Assembly: GCA_950097015.1 (NCBI GenBank)
Contig: CATNEN010000035.1
Coordinates: 496,001 to 560,000, forward strand
Reading direction: 5' to 3'
DNA length: 64,000 nucleotides
Origin: Macrostomum hystrix
Taxonomy: Eukaryota > Animalia > Platyhelminthes
Positions 38,340 through 51,599 of this stretch are shown here, piece by piece; within the stretch, counting starts at the first letter, position 1; each line of letters opens with the position of its first letter. Below the pieces are notes generated by a model. That model ran no database searches, was not told the origin of the DNA, and was given only the letters and a program-made list of their open reading frames with translations. The translations under genes were made by a program, and so were the position numbers.

Positions 38340-39420
38340 ACATCTCATCCACTACTCACATCTCATCCACTACTCACATCTCATCCACTACTCACATCTC
38401 ATCCACTACTCACATCTCATCCACTACTCACATCTCATCCACTACTCACATCTCATCCACTACTCACATCTCATCCACTACTCACATCTCATCCACTACT
38501 CACATCTCATCCACTACTCACATCTCATCCACTACTCACATCTCATCCACTACTCACATCTCATCCACTACTCACATCTCATCCACTACTCACATCTCAT
38601 CACTACTCACATCTCATCCACTACTCACATCTCATCCACTACTCACATCTCATCCACTACTCACATCTCATCCACTACTCACATCTCATCCACTACTCAC
38701 ATCTCATCCACTACTCACATCTCATCCACTACTCACATCTCATCCACTACTCACATCTCATCCACTACTCACATCTCATCCACTACTCACATCTCATCCA
38801 CTACTCACATCTCATCCACTACTCACATCTCATCCACTACTCACATCTCATCCACTACTTACATCTCATCCACTACTCACATCTCATCCACTACTCACAT
38901 CTCATCCACTACTCACATCTCATCCACTACTCACATCTCATCCACTACTCACATCTCATCCACTACTCACATCTCATCCACTACTCACATCTCATCCACT
39001 ACTCACATCTCATCCACTACTCACATCTCATCCACTACTCACATCTCATCCACTACTCACATCTCATCCACTACTCACATCTCTCCCTCACCTCACGTCT
39101 CTCCCTCACCTCACATCTCATCCACTACTCACATCTCATCCACTACTCACATCTCATCCACTACTCACATCTCTCCCTCACCTCACGTCTCTCCCTCACC
39201 TCACGTCTCTCCTTCACCTCACGTCTCTCCTTCACCTCTAATCTCTCCCTCACCTCACGTCTCTCCCTCACCTCTAATCTCTCCCTCGCGTCGAATCTCT
39301 CCCTCACCTCTAATCTCTCCCCCACCTCTAATCTCTCCCTCACCTCTAATCTCTCCCGCACTTCCCGCACCTCGTCTCTTCTCACAATCAAATCTCACTT
39401 CTCACATCTCACGCTCTTCT
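38340..39420. repeat. 18-bp minisatellite (CATCTCATCCACTACTCA), degenerating to CT-rich variants
   Basis: About 42 clean units, then a degenerate tail. Confidence 0.9.
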
Positions 39421-39659
39421 TATATCTCTTCTTATATCCTCACAAAAAAGTAATACTACTACATTGCAGTCAATCGTTTTTCTGTCGTTTTCTCTTTACA
39501 AGGCAATTACGAGGCAATGCCGCTTGCCCACTGTGAAATACGAGAGTTGGTGAAGCGTTAAAATGCATAAAGAATTTTTGTTCGGGAAAAAATGGGTGTG
39601 GCTTTGTCGAGTTTCAAATTTCGCCAAGTTTGGCTGTTCTCATGGCTCAGAAGCACAGA

Positions 39660-41092
39660 TCTGTTCTGTTCTGTTCTATTCTGTTCTGTTCTATTCTGTT
39701 CTGTTCTGTTCTGTTCTGTTCTATTCTGTTCTGTTCTGTTCTGTTCTGTTCTGTTCCGTTCTGTTCTGTTCTGTTCTGTTCTATTCTGTTCTGTTCTGTT
39801 CTGTTCTGTTCTATTATGTTCTGTTCTGTTCTGTTCTGTTCTGTTCTGTTCTGTTCTGTTCTATTCTGTTCTGTTCTGTTCTGTTCTGTTCTATTCTGTT
39901 CTGTTCTGTTCTGTTCTATTCTGTTCTGTTCTGTTCTGTTCTGTTCTGTTCTATTCTGTTCTGTTCTGTTCTGTTCTATTCTGTTCTGTTCTGTTCTGTT
40001 CTGTTCTATTCTGTTCTGTTCTGTTCTGTTCTATTCTGTTCTGTTCTGTTCTGTTCTGTTCTGTTCTGTTCTGTTCTGTTCTATTCTGTTCTGTTCTGTT
40101 CTGTTCTGTTCTATTCTGTTCTGTTCTGTTCTGTTCTATTCTGTTCTGTTCTGTTCTGTTCTGTTCTGTTCTATTCTGTTCTGTTCTGTTCTGTTCTATT
40201 CTGTTCTGTTCTGTTCTGTTCTGTTCTATTATGTTCTGTTCTGTTCTGTTCTGTTCTGTTCTGTTCTGTTCTGTTCTATTCTGTTCTGTTCTGTTCTATT
40301 CTGTTCTGTTCTGTTCTATTCTGTTCTGTTCTGTTCTGTTCTGTTCTATTATGTTCTGTTCTGTTCTGTTCTGTTCTGTTCTGTTCTGTTCTGTTCTATT
40401 CTGTTCTGTTCTGTTCTGTTCTGTTCTATTCTGTTCTGTTCTGTTCTGTTCTGTTCTGTTCTGTTCTGTTCTGTTCTATTCTGTTCTGTTCTGTTCTATT
40501 CTGTTCTGTTCTGTTCTGTTCTGTTCTATTATGTTCTGTTCTGTTCTGTTCTGTTCTGTTCTGTTCTGTTCTGTTCTATTCTGTTCTGTTCTGTTCTGTT
40601 CTGTTCTATTCTGTTCTGTTCTGTTCTGTTCTATTCTGTTCTGTTCTGTTCTGTTCTGTTCTATTATGTTCTGTTCTGTTCTGTTCTGTTCTGTTCTGTT
40701 CTGTTCTGTTCTATTCTGTTCTGTTCTGTTCTATTCTGTTCTGTTCTGTTCTATTCTGTTCTGTTCTGTTCTGTTCTGTTCTATTATGTTCTGTTCTGTT
40801 CTGTTCTGTTCTGTTCTGTTCTGTTCTGTTCTATTCTGTTCTGTTCTGTTCTGTTCTGTTCTATTCTGTTCTGTTCTGTTCTGTTCTGTTCTGTTCTGTC
40901 CTGTTCTGTTCTGTTCTGTTCTGTTCTGTTCTGTTCTGTTCTGTTCTGTTCTGTTCTGTTCTGTTCTGTTCTATTCTGTTCTGTTCTATTCTGTTCTATT
41001 CTGTTCTGTTCTGTTCTATTCTGTTCTATTCTGTTCTGTTCTGTTCTGTTCTGTTCTGTTCTGTTCTGTTCTGTTCTGTTCTATTCTGTTCT
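39660..41092. repeat. (TTCTG)n pentanucleotide satellite with TTCTA/TTATG variants
   Basis: About 1.4 kb, directly visible. Confidence 0.95.
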
Positions 41093-41702
41093 TTACCATT
41101 CAAACAGAAATAGTAAATAGCTGGTAAACCTATTTAGCTCCGCAGGCTGTCACTTACGAGCGAAGTAAAAGTTGTAAGCCCTTGGCGGCAACGCAGTTGT
41201 AAAAGTCAGCTAGAATAAAAATCCAGTTGAAGATTGTTCGTCTGATTTTCGTCAGCCGCAGCATCCAGCACTCCGTCCGTCCCGTTTGTCGCCTATTCTA
41301 TACAGGCATTTCAGCTTTTTACTCTGCTATCAATGTTGGGCTTGCGTACCGCAATTCTCTGAATAACACGCACCCTGTCTCCCCACTCCCTCATTCCTCA
41401 CTTCAGTTAGGAAGGCCCAGTAAGATAGCTTTGGGCAACAGGGGGGAGGAAGTGACATTTAAAACATTTTACACGGGGGGTCAGGGTGAGGGGAGACAGA
41501 GACGAAGAGAGAGACAGACGGCTTGTGTCGGTATCAGTCGCTTAGTAGCGAATAAGGCCACATTTTCTTATTTAGCTTGGATTATTTTATATATAGGTAT
41601 ACAATACCGATTTCCTAGTGTGATTCTATTCGCTGGTACCCTTGGTGCCCTGTTCTGTAAGCTTTCTGGCTGGAAATGTTTGCTGAATAAAAGCTGCATA
41701 TG

Positions 41703-44700
41703 AGGGGGAGACAGAGTGAGAGGGAGACGGTGAGAGGGAGACAGGGTGAGAGGGAGACAGAGTGAGAGGGAGACGGGGTGAGAGGGAGACAGAGTGAGAG
41801 GGAGACGGTGAGAGGGAGACAGGGTGAGAGGGAGACAGGGTGAGAGGGAGACAGAGTGAGAGGGAGACGGTGAGAGGGAGACAGGGTGAGAGGGAGACAG
41901 AGTGAAAGGGAGACGGTGAGAGGGAGACAGGGTGAGAGGGAGACGGTGAGAGGGAGACAGGGTGAGAGGGAGACAGGGTGAGATGGAGACAGAGTGAAAT
42001 GGAGACAGTATGAGAGGGAGACAGGGTGAGAGGGAGACAGTATGAGAGGGAGACGGTGAGAGGGAGACAGGGTGAGAGGGAGACGGTGAGATGGAGACAG
42101 AGTGAAATGGAGACAGTATGAGAGGGAGACAGGGTGAGAGGGAGACTGGGTGAGAGGGAGACTGGGTGAGATGGAGACAGTATGAGAGGGAGACTGGGTG
42201 AGATGGAGACAGAGTGAAATGGAGACAGTATGAGAGGGAGACAGGGTGAGAGGGAGACTGGGTGAGAGGGAGACTGGGTGAGATGGAGACAGTATGAGAG
42301 GGAGACAGGGTTAGAGGGAGACAGGGTTAGAGGGAGACAGTATGAGAGGGAGACTGGATGAGATGGAGACAGTATGAGAGGGAGACAGGGTTAGAGGGAG
42401 ACAGTATGAGAGGGAGACAGGGTTAGAGGGAGACAGGGTTAGAGGGAGACAGTATGAGAGGGAGACTGGATGAGATTGAGACAGTATGAGAGGGAGCCAG
42501 GGTGAGAGGGAGACAGGTTGAGAGGGAGACAGGGTGAGAGGGAGACAGGGTTAGAGGGAGACAGGGTTAGAGGGAGACAGGGTGAGAGGGAGACAGGGTG
42601 AGAGGGAGACAGGGTGAGAGGGAGACAGGGTGAGAGGGAGACAGGGTGAGAGGGAGACAGGGTGAGAGGGAGACAGTATGAGAGGGAGACAGGGTGAGAG
42701 GGAGACAGGGTGAGAGGGAGCCAGGGTGAGAGGGAGACAGGGTGAGATGGAGACAGGGTGAGAGGGAGACAGGGTGAGAGGGAGACAGTATGAGAGGGAG
42801 ACAGGGTGAGAGGGAGACAGTATGAGAGGGAGACAGGGTGAGATGGAGACAGGTGATAGGGAGACTGGGTGAGAGGGAGACAGGGTGAGATGGAGACAGG
42901 GTTAGAGGGAGACAGGGTTAGAGGGAGACAGGGTGAGAGGGAGACAGGGTGAGAGGGAGACGGTGAGAGGGAGACAGGGTGAGATGGAGACAGGGTTAGA
43001 GGGAGACAGGGTTAGAGGGAGACAGGGTGAGAGGGAGACAGGGTGAGAGGGAGACAGGGTGAGAGGGAGACAGAGTGAGATGGAGACAGGGTTAGAGGGA
43101 GACAGGGTGAGAGGGAGACTGGGTGAGAGGGAGACAGGGTGAGATGGAGACAGGGTTAGAGGGAGACAGGGTGAGAGGGAGACAGGGTGAGAGGGAGACG
43201 GTGAGAGGGAGACAGGGTGAGATGGAGACAGGGTTAGGGGGAGACAGGGTGAGAGGGAGACAGGGTGAGAGGGAGACAGGGTGAGAGGGAGACAGGGTGA
43301 GAGGGAGACAGTATGAGAGGGAGACAGTATGAGAGGGAGACAGTATGAGAGGGAGACTGGATGAGATGGAGACAGGGTGATAGGGAGACTGGGTGAGAGG
43401 GAGACTTGGTGAGAGGGAGACAGGGTGAGAGGGAGACAGTATGAGAGGGAGACAGTATGAGAGGGAGACAGTATGAGAGGGAGACTGGATGAGATGGAGA
43501 CAGGGTGATAGGGAGACTGGGTGAGAGGGAGACTGGGTGAGAGGGAGACAGGGTGAGAGGGAGACAGTATGAGAGGGAGACAGTATGAGAGGGAGACTGG
43601 ATAAGAGGGAGACAGGGTGAGTGGGAGACAGGGTGAGAGGGAGACAGTATGAGAGGGAGACAGTATGAGAGGGAGACAGAGTGAGAGGGAGACAGGGTGA
43701 GAGGGAGACAGTATGAGAGGGAGACAGTATGAGAGGGAGACAGTATGAGAGGGAGACAGTATGAGAGGGAGACAGTATGAGAGGGAGACTGGATGAGATG
43801 GAGACAGGGTGATAGGGAGACTGGGTGAGAGGGAGACTTGGTGAGAGGGAGACAGTATGAGAGGGAGACAGTATGAGAGGGAGACAGTATGAGAGGGAGA
43901 CTGGATGAGATGGAGACTGGATGAGATGGAGACAGGGTGATAGGGAGACTGGGTGAGAGGGAGACTTGGTGAGATGGAGACAGGGTTAGAGGGAGACAGG
44001 GTGAGAGGGAGACAGGGTGAGAGGGAGACGGTGAGAGGGAGACAGGGTGAGATGGAGACAGGGTTAGGGGGAGACAGGGTGAGAGGGAGACAGGGTGAGA
44101 GGGAGACAGGGTGAGAGGGAGACAGGGTGAGAGGGAGACAGTATGAGAGGGAGACAGTATGAGAGGGAGACAGTATGAGAGGGAGACTGGATGAGATGGA
44201 GACAGGGTGATAGGGAGACTGGGTGAGAGGGAGACTTGGTGAGAGGGAGACAGGGTGAGAGGGAGACAGTATGAGAGGGAGACAGTATGAGAGGGAGACA
44301 GTATGAGAGGGAGACTGGATGAGATGGAGACAGGGTGATAGGGAGACTGGGTGAGAGGGAGACTGGGTGAGAGGGAGACAGGGTGAGAGGGAGACAGTAT
44401 GAGAGGGAGACAGTATGAGAGGGAGACTGGATAAGAGGGAGACAGGGTGAGTGGGAGACAGGGTGAGAGGGAGACAGTATGAGAGGGAGACAGTATGAGA
44501 GGGAGACAGAGTGAGAGGGAGACAAGGTGAGAGGGAGACAGTATGAGAGGGAGACAGTATGAGAGGGAGACAGTATGCGAGGGAGACAGTATGAGAGGGA
44601 GACAGTATGAGAGGGAGACTGGATGAGATGGAGACAGGGTGATAGGGAGACTGGGTGAGAGGGAGACTTGGTGAGAGGGAGACAGGGTGAGAGGGAGACA

Positions 44701-45230
44701 GTATGAGAGGGAGACAGTATGAGAGGGAGACAGTATGAGAGGGAGACAGTATGAGAGGGAGACAGTATGAGAGGGAGACAGTATGAGAGGGAGACAGTAT
44801 GAGAGGGAGACAGTATGAGAGGGAGACAGTATGAGAGGGAGACAGTATGAGAGGGAGACAGTATGAGAGGGAGACAGTATGAGAGGGAGACTGGATGAGA
44901 TGGAGACAGGGTGATAGGGAGACTGGGTGAGAGGGAGACTGGATGAGATGGAGACAGGGTGATAGGGAGACTGGGTGAGAGGGAGACTGGGTGAGAGGGA
45001 GACAGGGTGAGAGGGAGACAGGGTGATAGGGAGACAGGGTGAGAGGGAGACTGGATGAGATGGAGACAGGGTGATAGGGAGACTGGGTGAGAGGGAGACT
45101 GGGTGAGAGGGAGACAGGGTGAGAGGGAGACAGTATGAGAGGGAGACTGGATAAGAGGGAGACAGGGTGAGTGGGAGACAGGGTGAGAAGGAGACAGGGG
45201 TGATAGAGAGGGAGGGAGAGATGGAGATAA
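41703..45230. repeat. 16-bp purine-rich minisatellite (GAGAGGGAGACAG[GGT/TAT])
   Basis: About 3.5 kb with variant blocks. Confidence 0.95.
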
Positions 45231-46539
45231 AGGGTGAGACTGTGCGATGAAGTTGTGAAAATCGGTTTAAAATGGTCGAAAATAAATACAGCAAGCTTTT
45301 ACAATTGAAAATGCATCTATGCGTAAGTGTGAACAATAAAAAGTAGAAATTGAATTCAAAGCTAACAGTTCTTGAACAGTGATTCAGTTTTACAGTCTCT
45401 AAATTCGCAACACACAGGTTAGTGAGAAAATGTTTACCTTTGCTTGCTTGAGTCGATGAGTTTTGAGAAATCTGAGTCTATTTGAGTCGATTCTCACAGC
45501 TGAATAGGTCTTCACTTACTGATCTTGTACTCACTCGCCCAAGTGATCTCCAAGCTCATCAGTCACTCACTCAGTTGCTGGGCAAAGTGGAGATGACGAA
45601 ATGTTTTAGGGAACGGAATGCGATGGAGAAGAGGGGGGGCGGGAATGGGGGGATTGGTTGGCGAGCGCCTCGAGGCCAAAAAACACGGCCAGTACACAGC
45701 TTCCTCACTTGTTAATTCCTGAGGCTAGAATCCCATTTCTCGTTCTATTTCTCTCCGCTAGGGACCCCGAGTCGGCCGTCTGAAATCCCAGTCTCCCCTA
45801 TTTGCATCCCTCTTTCTTGCCCATTGCCACATCGGATCCCCAACCCGGCTCTTATTCTCTGATATTTGTGAGGCCGATTGCACCGAAGCCAACAGAACTG
45901 GCAGCTCAGTGTGAAACATTCTCTCCCCCGACTCCTGCTGCTGTCCGTGACAATTTCTGCTTTTTCCTATCAGCATCCCGCCCAATGTCCCACCCCCATC
46001 AGCCTCATAGCTCCATCTGCATAATTAATGTGTCTGCAGCACCCTAATATCATGTATGGTGGTCAGCCACCTGAGGATGCTTTAGTTGCTACGCGCCAAT
46101 GTGGCGACACATTTTGGGGAGGAATTCCGTAGAAAAATCAATTCGAAACATATTTTAGGACAATCTGTATAAAACACTGGAATTTTGGCCAAACTGTAAT
46201 TTAGCTGTAAACTGTTTATTAAGTTTGAAAAAAATTATCCACACTCTACTCATAGTAGGATAATCAGTAGGCACAAAAATTTAAATGCGGACCTGCAACT
46301 CGAAGAGAACGCTTCAAAAACAAATTCGAGTGCACAGTAGCTAAAAATATAACAAATGAATAAGAATACTGGGTGTAAACAGCTTTTCGGAACCGCAAAA
46401 TTGACTTGAAAGAAGAATGAAGGTTGGAATGAGAGTATATTTCATAGAAGGTATACAGTAGCACACAATCGACTTAATCGATAATTCGCAGTCAATGTGA
46501 TTTTCTCACTCCTAGGGATTCTTTTTAGACTTTTGAGTC

Positions 46540-46975
46540 CAAGTGATTACCCACAGTGTAGGGGATTACCCACAGTCTAGGGGATTACTCATAGTCTAGG
46601 GGATTACCCACAGTCTAGGGATTACCCACAGTCTATAGGGATTACTCACAGTCTAGGGGATTACCCACAGTCTAGGGGATTACCCACAGTCTAGGGGATT
46701 ATTCACAGTCTAGGGGATTACTCACAGTCTAGGGGATTACTCACAGTCTAGGGGATTACCCACAGTCTAGGGGATTACCCACAGTCTAGGGGATTATTCA
46801 CAGTCTATAGGGGATTACTCACAGTCTATAGGGGATTACTCACAGTCTAGGGGATTACTCACAGTCTAGGGGATTACTCACAGTCTAGGGGATTACTCAC
46901 AGTCTAGGGGATTACTCACAGTCTAGGGGATTACTTACAGTCTAAGGGGGTTTACTCTCAGTCAAGGGGATTAAT
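46540..46975. repeat. 19-22-bp minisatellite (CACAGTCTAGGGGATTAC[C/T])
   Basis: About 20 units with degenerate flanks. Confidence 0.85.
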
Positions 46976-47445
46976 TTCATTATAGTGGCTTATTCGCTGT
47001 CTGGGGATCATTCTCATTATTTATCTAGGGGATTTTTATGAGACTATGGGATTTTTCCGTCAAGAGGATTTTTACATCTAGAAGAGTTTTCTCAATCTAG
47101 GGGACTATTTTAGCAGTCTATGGGATTACTATCAGCCTGCGAAATTACCCTCAGTCCAGGAGTTTTTTCTCAGTCTGTGGGATTTTTCTCAGTCTATGGG
47201 GATTTTTCATTAAAAAATTATTCCTAAGAACAATAATTCTTAGCACAGAAAGCGTGAACCATAGAGTGGCAGTTAATACGTATTTGAATTCCAAGGCAAA
47301 GCAAAACACGCAACGCAATGTTGAGGGTGCCTGAGATCTTATTCACAATGTCTACCTCGATCAGATGCTGAGAGCAACAATTAGCCACAAGGAAAGATGA
47401 AGAGGCAGAAATTAGAGATAATGGAATGGCACACAAAAGCAAGAG

Positions 47446-47491
47446 TTAGGGCTAGGGCTAGGGTTAGGGTTAGGGTTAGGGTTAGGGTTAG
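47446..47491 (+). repeat. Short interstitial telomere-type repeat (TTAGGG)n with two CTAGGG variants
   Basis: gttagggctagggctagggttagggttagggttagggttagggttag. Confidence 0.85.
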
Positions 47492-47668
47492 TGGCACCAT
47501 GGTTGACAACTACCGTTGAGAGTAGCGCCCGGTGTGAGTTTAAGTAATTAATGAATAGTCACGCCCTTCAGAACAAAACAGATTCTCTATATATAAATAT
47601 GTGTGCATAAAGACTTGTTTATTAGTTTACCGGGTGTAGAAAGTGTCTAAGAAATCGCAAACCCGCAA

Positions 47669-48052
47669 ATGCCAGCTGACTCGCCAGTGAAATCTTCCTC
47701 ATCGGCGAGGCTTGTTGGGTTCAGAGCGCCCAGCCTGCTGGTGAAGCAGACCCGAGGCGCGCAGACTGCTCTCGGTCGCAGCCCAGCCCTGCAGCCGCCA
47801 CAGACTCCGTCGCAACCGTCGCCACCGTCGCCGCCTCCTCCTCATTCGGCAAATCTTCTAGTGCAAACAGAAAGACAGCCAGAGCCTACAGCAACAACCG
47901 TCGCAATTGACATCGAGAGTCGCCGCACTCGCCGGTCGTCAGTCGTGACATTCAGCCTGCCGCCCGAGGCAGAATCCGCCGAATCCGAGCGGGCCTATCT
48001 GGACTCATTGGGCATCGAATTTCGGCCGGCCAGATTTGTTCCTGGGCGATGA
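47669..48052 (+). CDS. Hypothetical Pro/Ser-rich protein, 127 aa (possibly one exon of a larger gene)
   Basis: GC-rich non-repetitive ORF with the same composition as neighbouring exons. RRSSVVTF resembles a PKA site next to an RVxF-like motif. No family recognised. Confidence 0.4.
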   Translation: MPADSPVKSSSSARLVGFRAPSLLVKQTRGAQTALGRSPALQPPQTPSQPSPPSPPPPHSANLLVQTERQPEPTATTVAIDIESRRTRRSSVVTFSLPPEAESAESERAYLDSLGIEFRPARFVPGR

Positions 48053-48199
48053 CGGATGACAAAACAGACTTTTTTCAGCTTTCCGAGTCACTTGACCTCT
48101 TAGACTCGATTGCGCGAATCCAAGAGATATTTTGTTGTAAATTTGGATTAGATAATCACTTTTAAAATACAAGTTCAAATACTTAGTGAGTTGCCTTCC

Positions 48200-48690
48200 T
48201 CTCTGGACATCCACCTCACACCATGGACATTCACCTCACTCCATTGACATCCACCTCACTCCATGGAAATCTATCTCACTTTATAGACATCCACCCCACA
48301 CCCTCGAAATCCACCTCACTCCATGGACATCCACCTCACTCTATGGATATCCACCTCACTCTATGGACACCCACCTCACTCTATGGACATCCACCTCACT
48401 CTATGGACACCAACCTCACTCTATGGACATCCACCTCACTCTATGGACACCCACCTCACTCTATGGACATCCACCTCACTCTATGGATATCCACCTCACT
48501 CTATGGACATCCACGTCACTCTATGGACATCCACCTCACTCTATGGACATCCACCTCACTCTATGGATATCCACCTCACTCCCTCGACATCCGTGTCATA
48601 TACAACTCACTCTATGGACATCCACTTCCCACACTGTACAGCACCCACGTCCACCTCATTCCTGGACATTCGCTTTACTTGCTGGACATC
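48200..48690 (-). repeat. 20-bp minisatellite (GGACATCCACCTCACTCTAT); GAGTGAGGTGG core on the minus strand
   Basis: About 20 units. Confidence 0.85.
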
Positions 48691-49385
48691 TAGATTTCAA
48701 AACTTGCTGTGTATTTTTTATGCGAATAATATCAGTAATACAATCGTTGACAATAGTGATTTTTATTATATCACATGACCAGAAAGAAGTGTTAATTAAT
48801 TTGTTTAATTTCACTGCCTTAAAAAATTGTCTTACTCGGACAACTTTCCGTAGCTTTTTGTAAGTAGTAGCTTCCGATTTTAATTCCATGAATCTCATAA
48901 TAAATACCTATTTCCTTTCTATTCTTGTCGAAATTGCGAGAACTTGTAGCCAGGCAAGTAAAGAATGAGATTCTAATCATGAAATCGGGGAAAACACACA
49001 ATGCTTGAATCTACAAAGAATACTTGGCTTAGGTGGGTGAAGGAGACAGTTGGGATTGCAGATCCCTGGAAAGAGGGATGTCAAGAGGGACGCGGGCCTG
49101 CTGGTCGGCCATTCAATGCCATCGCGTACTCCGGCCCCGGGTGTTGGGGGATTCGACTAACACCGCAAGGCTGGATGAGGGGAGAATTATTTAGGGATCA
49201 AAGTAGAGGCGACGGGAGAGAGAGAGGAAGGAAATCCACGCTCTGCATTACCTGTCCGCTCGGCCCTCAAGCCCCCCACCCCAGGCCACCCCTCCGAGAA
49301 AATCGAAGATGAAATAGCTTGACAAAGTCTGGTTAAGCCCCCCTCGAAATGCAAAATTGCCACTGACTGACTGGCCAACAGTGCA

Positions 49386-50413
49386 ATGCAGAGGTACCCG
49401 CTGCCGCCTCCGCCACCGCCTCCGCTTGCCGCGGTGCGAGGCGCCGACTATCGACTGGACCGGAGCGCCGGTCGCGCCGCCTCCTGCCTGCTGCTGGCTG
49501 CCGTGGCGGCGCTGGCCGCTGATGCAGTCAGGCTGCTGCTGTACAGCTGGCACTCGGAAGGCGGCTTTCTTGGCTACATGTACAACGCGGACAGTGGCGT
49601 GCGGTGGCCGACCTGCCCGGCCAGCAGCTCCGCCGTGCCGACCTCAACGCCGATGCCGGCTCTGCGGCTGCTGCATCAAGGGTGGGATTTCATTTAATTC
49701 GGATTTTTACAGCATACATACCCTAAGCGGTAGCAACCGTCAGGTAAACTAATTGCAGAGTTAAAACTATTAAATAAACTTCCCTTACCTTCAGGACTAT
49801 CAGTCCAATGTCTCAGCAGCAAAAGCAGCAGCAGCAGCAGCCAGATCTACTCTACAGCATTCGGGGCTTCATCAAGTCGCTCGCAGACATTGTTGCCACT
49901 GCGGCCTCGGTCGGTGGAGGCGGCCGACGGTCACCGCAGATGGACAAGCAGCTGGCCAGGTGCCTGTTTCACGCTGGCGCAGTCGCTTGCGTCCTTCAGC
50001 TGGCTCTGGCGGTGTGCCCGGCTCTGGCCAGCGTCAGCGGCGACTGGCGCAGGCGTCGGCCGCGATGCCCAGTCGGCTTCGGCCTCCTGTTCGGCGTGGC
50101 GGCCCTGCTGGCCACCGGCGCCGCTGTGGCGGCCGGCCTGGTTGCCGTCGCCTTCTTGAGCATCGCCGAGATTGACGGCGTCGGCGGCAGCCCCTACGCG
50201 AACCTGCTGCCAGTGTGCGATTTTCAGCGACGAGTTTGCCTAGCAACCGAGTGCGCTCGGATTCTGGCACTGCTGGCTGGCGCCGCGGCCACCCTGCGGC
50301 TTGTGACGCTGCTGTGCCGCATGAGCCGCCGATGCTGCAGGAGCTGCTGCTGTCCTTGCTGCTACGATGATGATGAACTCGATGGGGATCAGATTGGGAA
50401 TGAGGATTTCTGA
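49386..50413 (+). CDS. Four-pass membrane protein, claudin/PMP22-like topology, 2 exons, 304 aa
   Basis: Exons 49386-49681 and 49795-50413 are joined by a phase-2 intron (GG|gtggga ... ttaccttcag|G), which fuses two track ORFs in frame (915 nt). It has four hydrophobic segments, SW right after TM1, a long Cys-containing first loop and a CCRSCCCPCC tail. Confidence 0.6.
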
Positions 50414-50514
50414 GTGACCATTTTTTGATCCCTTAAAACTCACTTTAAACTCCCCTTTCCCTGATTTAAAGAAGAAGTGCACTAGGAAGATAGGATCAAT
50501 ATTGAATATTAAAG

Positions 50515-50790
50515 GAGTGAGGTGGGTGTCCAGGGTGTAAGGTGGATGCCATGGAAGCGAGGTAGTTTTCTGGGGAGTAAAATGGACGCCCAAGGAGGGA
50601 GGTGAGTAAGTGTCTATTTAGTGAGGTGGGTGTCTAGGGAGTGAGGTGGGTGTCTAGGGGGTGAGGTGGGTGTCTAGGGAGTGAGGTGGGTGTCTATGGA
50701 GTGAGGTGGGTGTCTAGGGAGTGAGGTGGGTGTCTAGGGAATGAGTTTGGTGTCTAGGGAGTGAGATGGGTGTCCAGCGAGTGAAGTGGA
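50515..50790 (+). repeat. 20-bp minisatellite (GGAGTGAGGTGGGTGTCTAG)
   Basis: About 8 clean units. It is the inverted relative of 48200-48690. Confidence 0.85.
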
Positions 50791-51599
50791 CGCCACCTGG
50801 GTGGACGTCAAAGTAGAGAGTCGTAGGAAGTTATGTGGCTTTTCAGCGATGCAACCAGGTGAACTGGGTGATAAAATATTTTCGGATCGAAATAGAAATC
50901 GATTGTTATTATTCCGAGCTCCCTTTCCACAGCCATTCTCATTAGCGATGCGCTCGCACTGAAGAATTTTGGGCTCTCAAAAGGCTCAGAAATAAGGGCT
51001 CAAAATGCATGGCGCTGAGCCCTTGGCGGCGACAAGAGGAACTTTTATCCCACTCTAGGCTCTCCATTTCCCCCTTTATCCCATTTTATAGATTGTTATG
51101 TTCGTCCCGGGCCAAGTGGCGACAACCAATCTGCTGCAATATATTCTCCAAAATCCCACTGAGAAGGGATAGTGGGGAAAATTCTCCCCTGCTCTGTCTG
51201 GTCCCATCTCTGCCGTTCTCTATCATCGTCATTTAGCCGGCTTGGCAGAATTTTCGCAATGAAACAAGCCGGATCAGTCTGCTAATTTCCATACTCACTT
51301 CAAGCCTGCTGAACAGCACTGCAGGTTCAACCCTGAGGTCTCTCTTGACTGTGTGCACATTTTCTGCAACTGAATCAAAGCACCCACTGCTTCTGCCTAA
51401 CTGAATCTCGCTCAATCTGCACCCTCCATCTCAAAATCCCACTGTCTATATCTCTACATCTCACCCTCTGCATGTATTTTATCTCACACTCTGCATCTCA
51501 AAATCTACCTCTCCGAAATCTCACCCTAGATTTCACAGTCGCATCCTCTCTGTCTCTCTCAATCTCACCCGTTCGATCTCAAAATCTGATACTAGCAGT

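Noticed and set aside
41158-41300. Possible minus-strand exon ending at a strong GTAAGT donor
   Set aside because: The acceptor and frame are ambiguous and no partner exon could be linked.
38290-45336. Long ORFs of HLIHYS, SVLFC and SPSHPVSL repeats
   Set aside because: Frame artefacts of the 18-, 5- and 16-bp repeats.
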